From a virus (taxonomy: Duplodnaviria; Heunggongvirae; Uroviricota; Caudoviricetes), in the IMG/VR virus record IMGVR_UViG_3300042922_000323, positions 1 to 60,976 of that record: a stretch of DNA of 60,976 bases; one strand, 5' to 3'. The notes beneath the pieces were generated by a model that was not told where the DNA came from, searched no databases, and was given only the letters and a program-made list of their open reading frames with translations. This document shows positions 54,440 to 60,976 of this stretch, one piece after another. Positions within the stretch are counted from its first letter, which is position 1. Every line of letters starts with the position of its first letter. A program made the translations under genes and the position numbers.

Positions 54440-57353
54440 CCTTTGCCCATACTTTTATATCTATATAACTAATATAGAATGTGTACTCGTAATCTCTGCT
54501 TGGTTCACCTACAGGGTAATTCCAAGGCTGTTCCATATAGCTAGTTCTACCGCTGTAACCCGTAGCTAAATAGGTAGGAACAACTGAATTATCCACACCA
54601 TCTATCACGAAGTGTGCTGTAATAGGTTCTTCATCCAGAACGTCTTCAATGTACACTATTTGAGAATCAAGTAAAGGTTCGTACTGAGAATAGCCCCATG
54701 CCCACAAATTGTTTAATTTGAAAGGTGCTACGGTAGGAACTACAGTTACAGTCTCTGTTTTGCTCTGTCTATTTTCAGGTGTACCATATTCAAACCTAAC
54801 TGTACCTGTACCTACCTGCTTAAATTTTAACTTATTAGTGCCCACTGACTGTGCAATTAAAGGTATCGAGGTAAAGTGTACTGTATCAGAAATATCTTTA
54901 GTAAACCCGCTATTGAATGTAGCCATTACTTGGTATTCTCTTGTATCGGTAATAAATCTCTTTGCGTTACGCCTTGGAAAGTCAGTATAATTAACCGTAT
55001 AACTTACTGCTATAAGTTGGTATATCCACAAGTACTTTTCAATAGTCCCACCATCATATGTAGCTGAAACCTTTTCCATCCCTGTAGTATTAGCAGTAAT
55101 CATATTGCCATTACAAGTAGCAAAATCTCCTGTGGTAAAGAACGTAGTATCAGATGATACATCTACCTCTGTATCATCATCCCAAACCTGTATGAGGGAC
55201 ACATACAATACATCTCCCGTGTATACACTGCTTTGGGAATATCTTATTTCGTAAGCCTTAACTTTTGGGGGTTGTGGTGGCATCAACACATTGACTGTAA
55301 CTACAGTTGTAAAATCCCCGTACATTACCCCGATAGAACCTGAACCGACAGCTACGCCCTTGACTGTATTATCTTCTAAATTAAAGGTGTTAGTGCTAAT
55401 AACATTAAATGTGCAACCATCAGTGACCTCACTAATTGTACCGTCTGAGTAAGTACCCATTACAATTAAATCTATTGAGTCACCTCTGTAAATATCATCC
55501 ACTGGTTGAACCCATATGGAAACAAGAGTTGGTTTCGGCTTGTCTTCCTTACCTACAGGAACTATTGGGACGTATATTCTGTGAACAATAGAAGGTACTG
55601 CTCTTCTAAATTCATCCAGTAATTTGACCCTAATATCATACTCTTCGGTTAACTCACCTTTTCTTGGGTTTAACCAAATTTTATCGTAAGCACTTCCAGT
55701 CTTAAACCTCCAACGTCTACCCATTCTTAACTGTCTATATCTTAATTTTGAAGTATCAATTCTTGGTGTAGCTCCTTTATGAGACTGCTTTGCAGTAGTA
55801 ACTAAGGCATCTACGAACTTCTCTTTGTCTCTGTCCACATTAACAATCGGTTCTACATCTCGTCCTTTACTACGACCTAGCTCTTTGGCGGACTCCGTAT
55901 GTTCCTGACCTACAGAATCAATACCAACACCATTAAGCTCTGTACCGTTCGGTGTTCTGGACTCACCTTCGACTATTGGTGGCATAGCCCCGCCCTTAAT
56001 GTAGTTAGACATTATATCTAATACAGGGGCGTTAGCTCCATTCTTTAAGAAATCAGACTGTGCTTCAATCCTTAGTGTGTCTGCTCCTGTTCTGTTTTGT
56101 AGCTTAGAACCAATCTCAATCTTATCATTCTTTGACAATTCCTTCTCAGAAGGGTTCTTGTCAATAATTAATCCGCCCGTCTGTATCTGTTTTTTATGCA
56201 AATCAGAAAATACTTCTGCAAGCAATCCTGAAACCCCAGGTCGCTGACTTCTTATACTGGTGTCCCGTTTGTTATCCGTTTCCATTTGTTCAGAACCACT
56301 TCTGGTTATATCATTATTAACCAGTTCTACCATTGGTCTAAAATATTCAAGAACTTCTACTAACGGTGTAATAATCCTCGGGCTTTCTTTACTTGTTTCT
56401 ACAACTGGTGTAACAATTCTTGGTCTCTCTACTGTTGTTTCTACAACCGGTGTCGCAATACGTTCTTTCTCGAAGTCAGCTTCTCTTTTAATATCAGCAT
56501 CTACCGCCGCCAAGTTGTGTCTGGTTAAACCAATAACGGCAGTAGCGACTCTTCTAGCAAATTTACCTATACGCTTAATCATACTTTTATCTGTTGACTT
56601 TTGAGTTAAAGGTTTATTTAGCCCTGTGGCATTGGACGTATCTACCAACTTATGACGTTTAACGTTAACATCACTGGAAACTAAGAGGTGCTTCTGTTCC
56701 TCTGTGTATCCTATTTCCCTCTGGTTTACTCTCTCCACCTGACTGTAACTACGATACAAAATCTCACGCTCAGTAATAGGTTCTACAAAGAATCCATCGT
56801 AACTACCAATGAACTTAACCATTTCAGTATACTTGGCGTTGGGTTGTTTATGTACTTCGTCATTATAACCATCATACTCAATGCTAAGAGATGCTGTACG
56901 AGAACCGCCGCTTGTAATGCTCTGTACATTTTTCCATAACCTCTTTATATTCGAGGTCACAAAAAGCCCCTCGACATACTTTGTAATCCTGCTCTTATTG
57001 TTATTATCAATAGCACCAAGGCTCTCAACAAGAATCTTTGCAAGGGTATCGACAGGCACAGTTAGGCTAGATATTAAACTGAGGTCATTTGTGGTGACCT
57101 CAGTATATGCATCTGCTAACTTCTTAGCTTTCTTCAAATATTCATTTGTTATTTCATCTGAAATTAAAAGCTTATAGACAATAGCTTCACGTTCTTTATC
57201 AGTAAACTCTGCATACCTTACTGTGTACCTAACTACCTCCAACAGGTTAAACCCGAAGAAGAATAGTTGGTACACATTAGTATTTGGTGTATTAAATGTA
57301 AATCTGTAAGCTATCCCGTCACTAATAAGCTTGAAAGTAAAAGCATATGCCAT
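54390..57353 (-). CDS. large virion protein with Ig-like (BIG2-type) domains and internal repeats
   Basis: LVSI.V.P..G....L.V.GTYSDGT..VT; Q.WDDDTE.DVS; ATFNSG...DIS. Confidence 0.7.
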   Translation of the reverse strand: MAYAFTFKLISDGIAYRFTFNTPNTNVYQLFFFGFNLLEVVRYTVRYAEFTDKEREAIVYKLLISDEITNEYLKKAKKLADAYTEVTTNDLSLISSLTVPVDTLAKILVESLGAIDNNNKSRITKYVEGLFVTSNIKRLWKNVQSITSGGSRTASLSIEYDGYNDEVHKQPNAKYTEMVKFIGSYDGFFVEPITEREILYRSYSQVERVNQREIGYTEEQKHLLVSSDVNVKRHKLVDTSNATGLNKPLTQKSTDKSMIKRIGKFARRVATAVIGLTRHNLAAVDADIKREADFEKERIATPVVETTVERPRIVTPVVETSKESPRIITPLVEVLEYFRPMVELVNNDITRSGSEQMETDNKRDTSIRSQRPGVSGLLAEVFSDLHKKQIQTGGLIIDKNPSEKELSKNDKIEIGSKLQNRTGADTLRIEAQSDFLKNGANAPVLDIMSNYIKGGAMPPIVEGESRTPNGTELNGVGIDSVGQEHTESAKELGRSKGRDVEPIVNVDRDKEKFVDALVTTAKQSHKGATPRIDTSKLRYRQLRMGRRWRFKTGSAYDKIWLNPRKGELTEEYDIRVKLLDEFRRAVPSIVHRIYVPIVPVGKEDKPKPTLVSIWVQPVDDIYRGDSIDLIVMGTYSDGTISEVTDGCTFNVISTNTFNLEDNTVKGVAVGSGSIGVMYGDFTTVVTVNVLMPPQPPKVKAYEIRYSQSSVYTGDVLYVSLIQVWDDDTEVDVSSDTTFFTTGDFATCNGNMITANTTGMEKVSATYDGGTIEKYLWIYQLIAVSYTVNYTDFPRRNAKRFITDTREYQVMATFNSGFTKDISDTVHFTSIPLIAQSVGTNKLKFKQVGTGTVRFEYGTPENRQSKTETVTVVPTVAPFKLNNLWAWGYSQYEPLLDSQIVYIEDVLDEEPITAHFVIDGVDNSVVPTYLATGYSGRTSYMEQPWNYPVGEPSRDYEYTFYISYIDIKVWAKDDDGNVIRYFVQPPNI

Positions 57354-58609
57354 TAAATATCAGTCCTTATCGCAAAGCCTAATAATACGTCTGACGAGGT
57401 ATTGAACGGTGTGTACGGAGCATTTATATTTAAGAAAATATAAGTTTCTTCCTCACCTGAAATATACCTGTTGTAAATCAACTCTGTTCCATGTTCCTTT
57501 GCAACTCTTGGTACTGCTAAGCAGTGGTTTAAAATACCTCTGTCATTTTCATGAACGTCTGAGAGAACAATATCACTAACTGCATGTTTATCAGTATGCG
57601 AAGACTGTCCATTGAAGGTCTTCTCTCTAAATTCATCGAATCCGAAAGTACCCACCTTGTGAGCTTGGAATGGTCTTCCTGACTTGGAAGCCGCCAGTAT
57701 AACGTCAGTTACACCAGTTCCTGTATAGTCACCATAAGTTTTTGCCAATGTAGGTTCAGTGTAAGAACCTGCAAACCCTGCAAAGTTACCTGTTAAGTCG
57801 GTTTCCAAAGCACCCTCAATCTGTTTTAACTGACCGAAGTAGAATGGCGAACTCAGCCATTCTGAAACTGAAAGTCCAGGGTCTCCCATAACTACACCAG
57901 TGCAAGCATTGTTATCAAAGCTCAACCAATATTCTATAGGTAACCAACCATGAGCAATAGCCTGTGCCGCAGTTCCCTCTTTGAACCAGTTACATTTACC
58001 AGACATACTCTCATGGTCAGCAGGGTACGTATCTGTTGTCCCATTATAGTTAGTACCCATTGTCCAATTAAAGAAATAATGGTTTGTAACCCCCGCAGCT
58101 ACTGTGGCAGGTTTGTCAAAACTTACGTAATACTCAGTTGTAATATCCACAACCTTTTCGTAGTCCACAAGAACCTGCTTACCATTTAAGGCTACATTTA
58201 CCTCAATCTCTGTGGCAGTATTTACCTTATACTCCATAAGGTCAAGACTCGCTACTGTGCTATCTTTCTGTAAATACAGAAAATACTTTTTATCTCTTAC
58301 GTAGACTCTAGTTCCGCCACCTGCAGCTATCGAATCGGAAAGAGTAATTTTTCCGTTAGTAACTATGAAAGGGGCTTTCTTTACCCACTGTTTCTTAATA
58401 GTTGGGCTTGCCTTTACAGTTGCCTTAGTTGTTATACTAGCTAAAGCGTTAGCCAATTTAGCCGCCGCATCAGCACCTGTCGCAGTAGTTGGGTCAGGGT
58501 TTACAAGAGTCCAGTTATTTGTATTAACCAACTTATCCCCTGTACACATCTGAGTCACTAAATCTTTGACTATATTATCCGCAGTCGTAAAACCATGAAT
58601 GTATGCCAT
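57353..58609 (-). CDS. virion structural protein
   Basis: 418 aa, IEYW, MGDP, ININAPY..F; structural module. Confidence 0.65.
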   Translation of the reverse strand: MAYIHGFTTADNIVKDLVTQMCTGDKLVNTNNWTLVNPDPTTATGADAAAKLANALASITTKATVKASPTIKKQWVKKAPFIVTNGKITLSDSIAAGGGTRVYVRDKKYFLYLQKDSTVASLDLMEYKVNTATEIEVNVALNGKQVLVDYEKVVDITTEYYVSFDKPATVAAGVTNHYFFNWTMGTNYNGTTDTYPADHESMSGKCNWFKEGTAAQAIAHGWLPIEYWLSFDNNACTGVVMGDPGLSVSEWLSSPFYFGQLKQIEGALETDLTGNFAGFAGSYTEPTLAKTYGDYTGTGVTDVILAASKSGRPFQAHKVGTFGFDEFREKTFNGQSSHTDKHAVSDIVLSDVHENDRGILNHCLAVPRVAKEHGTELIYNRYISGEEETYIFLNINAPYTPFNTSSDVLLGFAIRTDI

Positions 58610-58624
58610 CTTTATATCCCTCCA

Positions 58625-59593
58625 TTAATTTTGTACTCTATTATTGACTACCCCTTTTATGCCCATCTCTATTGAGTGTGGCACTGTAGTTCCAGTCTGG
58701 TTTATATTCTTAAACACAATCTGAATGTTTTTATCAAATCGTGTCACAGAAACTATTGCTACACCACCTGTTCTTGCTAATAGCCCCATTGAAGCATACG
58801 AAGGTTCATGTTCAATATAATCAGAAGTCACAACCCCCGCCGAATTACATTCGATACGAGCTATTACACTTTGTAAATTCAAATCAGTTACTTCTAAAGT
58901 AAATGACTCTATTGTTGAATCCATGTTAACGTAGTTAGGTTGGTTGATAACCAAGTTGCACGTATCCTGTTCTGCCACCTGTTGCGTAGGGTCTTGCCAA
59001 TCAAATGACCAACTAAGCATATCTGAGGTATTCATATTAGTTACGTCAACTAGTGTAACAAACTCATATAGCAGGTACTTCTCTAGCCCACTATTGTTAT
59101 AGTACTGAACAACTATAGGCGTATTAGCTATAACGTCTTCATACACCTCTAACATTCTATACTCTGACATCTCCTTAACATGTGAACCTTGGCATATGTA
59201 CCTTGAACCTATCATAACGTCATAAGTGTCTTCTATGTTGTAACTTGTAAAACAAAGGTGAATACCTTTAAATTCACAATCAAATGGAGGTATGAAAACT
59301 GCTTGGTACATATTCTGAGTTGTAGTAATATGAACCATTCCGCCTGGTTGGAAGTTATATTTCTTTAGTGGGAAGTATGGGTGAGGAAGTTTACGAACAT
59401 CATGAACAGTATTCACATTGTCCACTGTCTCAACCCATGTAACGTTATCTACTTGCTTAACATCATTAACGGTGTCTACGACAACAACTTCATCCACTTT
59501 AGTAACTTCATCTACAGAGTTAACCTTTTTAAGAAGCTCAATGTTGTCAACATTCTCAACATTAGGCACATATGAAATTACAAATCCTGGCAT
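58625..59593 (-). CDS. virion protein with V-x-x periodic repeat
   Basis: VNSVDEVTKVDEVVVVDTVNDVKQVDNVTWVETVDNVNTVHDV. Confidence 0.65.
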   Translation of the reverse strand: MPGFVISYVPNVENVDNIELLKKVNSVDEVTKVDEVVVVDTVNDVKQVDNVTWVETVDNVNTVHDVRKLPHPYFPLKKYNFQPGGMVHITTTQNMYQAVFIPPFDCEFKGIHLCFTSYNIEDTYDVMIGSRYICQGSHVKEMSEYRMLEVYEDVIANTPIVVQYYNNSGLEKYLLYEFVTLVDVTNMNTSDMLSWSFDWQDPTQQVAEQDTCNLVINQPNYVNMDSTIESFTLEVTDLNLQSVIARIECNSAGVVTSDYIEHEPSYASMGLLARTGGVAIVSVTRFDKNIQIVFKNINQTGTTVPHSIEMGIKGVVNNRVQN

Positions 59594-60795
59594 TAATTCA
59601 CCCCCGTTACCGATGTTACTTTATCTAACTTGCCATTACTATCATAGATTAGACTTATTAGAATATTAAATAACACTTTCTCGCTATATACATCAGCGGG
59701 TTTAGGCAGGTAAGGTTTCAACTTATCAAGGCTATCATCCCACCCTGTCGTTGGACTATCAATGAGTGCAAAATTATCATTCCTCAGTCCAACATTCTCT
59801 TCCACTATTTGTTGCATTTGAGCTTTAGCCGCATCAAGTTCTTTCTGTAAATCCACTAACTTAACGGGGTCGGTTTCTGCGGCAATCTTAGCTTCAAGGT
59901 CTGGTACTGTGACGGTATTAAGCTTTATATAATTTTCTTTATTAGTTACATATGTAACAAAATCTTCATCTGTAAAGCCGGGAGGGTTAGGTAAGAACTT
60001 CTTTAGCTCTTTGTATGTATAGGTATTATCATCTTCCTCAATAAAGTACCTTGCCCTAAGTTTCTTGTTATCATCTGAAGCTTTTGTAACCATTGCAGTG
60101 GTTACGTCAGGGTGCTCTTTCAGAGCTATACGCAAGTTTCTCATGTATAGAACAAAATCAGTTTTATCCATAGCAAGTGGATTTTGCAAGTACTTTAAGA
60201 GTTCGTCATATGGCAAATCGGATAGCGGGTCTATCATGTAAACATTTCTTAACTCTTCATTCCTTATTTCTGCATAGTTCATCTGCTGTTTAGCGTTATC
60301 TCTGACTTCCTGTGAGTTCGAGGTATCCGCCTGAATATGCATATAGTACTCCCACTTACGTTTATTCCTTACATATTCAGCAAAATCAAGCCCACTCATT
60401 CCGTAAGGGTTAGGAGTAATTTCAGAAATAGGCTCAATCTTCATAACTACAATCTTAACAGAAGTAAGTTTTGAACCAGTTCTTATAAGGTTAACCTTTT
60501 CCTTCAAAAACTGCCCAAACATAAGTACAACCGCAGTAAGTAACTTTGGGTTTGAAGGGTCTTTATGTTCAAAGGTAACCTCGTAGTCATTGGACTCTAA
60601 GGCATTGAGTACGTTTTTATCGTACACAATATTGTTATTTCCTTCACCAGGGTCGGATATATAACCCGACCCCGTTGAATTGTTTACAGACTCTATAAGT
60701 TTTGCAAGCTGAGTACCGTTAAGTGCTTTCTGAACCTCTTTATTAACTATCTCCAATATTGGAAATATAAGCATTTCACTGGTAGACCCTAACAT
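59593..60795 (-). CDS. structural-module protein with helical repeats
   Basis: 400 aa, RBS AGGGAGTG. Confidence 0.7.
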   Translation of the reverse strand: MLGSTSEMLIFPILEIVNKEVQKALNGTQLAKLIESVNNSTGSGYISDPGEGNNNIVYDKNVLNALESNDYEVTFEHKDPSNPKLLTAVVLMFGQFLKEKVNLIRTGSKLTSVKIVVMKIEPISEITPNPYGMSGLDFAEYVRNKRKWEYYMHIQADTSNSQEVRDNAKQQMNYAEIRNEELRNVYMIDPLSDLPYDELLKYLQNPLAMDKTDFVLYMRNLRIALKEHPDVTTAMVTKASDDNKKLRARYFIEEDDNTYTYKELKKFLPNPPGFTDEDFVTYVTNKENYIKLNTVTVPDLEAKIAAETDPVKLVDLQKELDAAKAQMQQIVEENVGLRNDNFALIDSPTTGWDDSLDKLKPYLPKPADVYSEKVLFNILISLIYDSNGKLDKVTSVTGVN

Positions 60796-60799
60796 TAAA

Positions 60800-60976
60800 T
60801 CACTCCCTATACCAGAATAAATCTAGGAACGTCAAGTATCCTTGGTCAACATTGTATGTATCTCGAATACCTTTAATAACGTAATTATCTTTAGTTGCTG
60901 TCTGCATGTCCTCTATAGCAACAGTGTCGAGAAGTTCTACAAATGGGTTACCCTCAACACATACCTGTAAAGTTCT
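60800..60976 (-). CDS. partial C-terminus, baseplate hub/tail protein-like
   Basis: Open frame to the window edge: ..VEGNPFVELLDTV.IED..T...YVIKGIRDTY...GYLTFLDLFWYRE*. Confidence 0.5.
   Translation of the reverse strand, partial: RTLQVCVEGNPFVELLDTVAIEDMQTATKDNYVIKGIRDTYNVDQGYLTFLDLFWYRE

Noticed and set aside
1-60976. tRNA/rRNA genes
   Set aside because: No cloverleaf or T-loop signature recognised in intergenic gaps, and most gaps are filled by small ORFs; tRNAscan-SE would be decisive.

Overview
A 61-kb stretch of a large tailed bacteriophage (or its prophage/episome). The host is probably a spore-forming, S-layer-bearing, anaerobic or facultative Firmicute, inferred from SigF/G-like and ECF-like sigma factors, AbrB, an SLH domain, Spo0A boxes and NrdDG. 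Layout: 1-13.6 kb, plus-strand early/accessory genes (AbrB, GGCT, SNF2 helicase, DEDDh exonuclease, many small hypotheticals). 13.7-37.6 kb, minus-strand lysis cassette, sigma factors, nucleotide metabolism (tmk, dut, nrdDG, gmk, thyX), recombination (RecA, nucleases) and replisome (PolA, SSB, primase, DnaB, DnaC-like loader, initiator). 37.7-38.6 kb, a plus-strand XerC/D-like recombinase. 38.6-61 kb, minus-strand tail/baseplate/adhesin genes. Best observations not visible in the ORF track: (1) a 40-aa membrane-peptide gene convergent with an ~88-nt sRNA whose repeats are complementary to the peptide's start region, i.e. a par/Fst-type type I toxin-antitoxin layout with an unfamiliar peptide; (2) a nine-copy phage promoter motif TTAACT-N15-CGTA(T/C)AAGT, a second candidate late motif, and extended Spo0A boxes flanking the promoter of the primase/ECF-sigma operon, together suggesting a sporulation-gated sigma cascade; (3) a 28-bp dif-like site overlapping the recombinase transcription start and RBS; (4) a stand-alone SLH mini-protein between two holins with no endolysin; (5) two adhesin paralogs with discoidin modules inserted into different loops of one scaffold. 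All product calls come from motif recognition by eye; no database searches were run.
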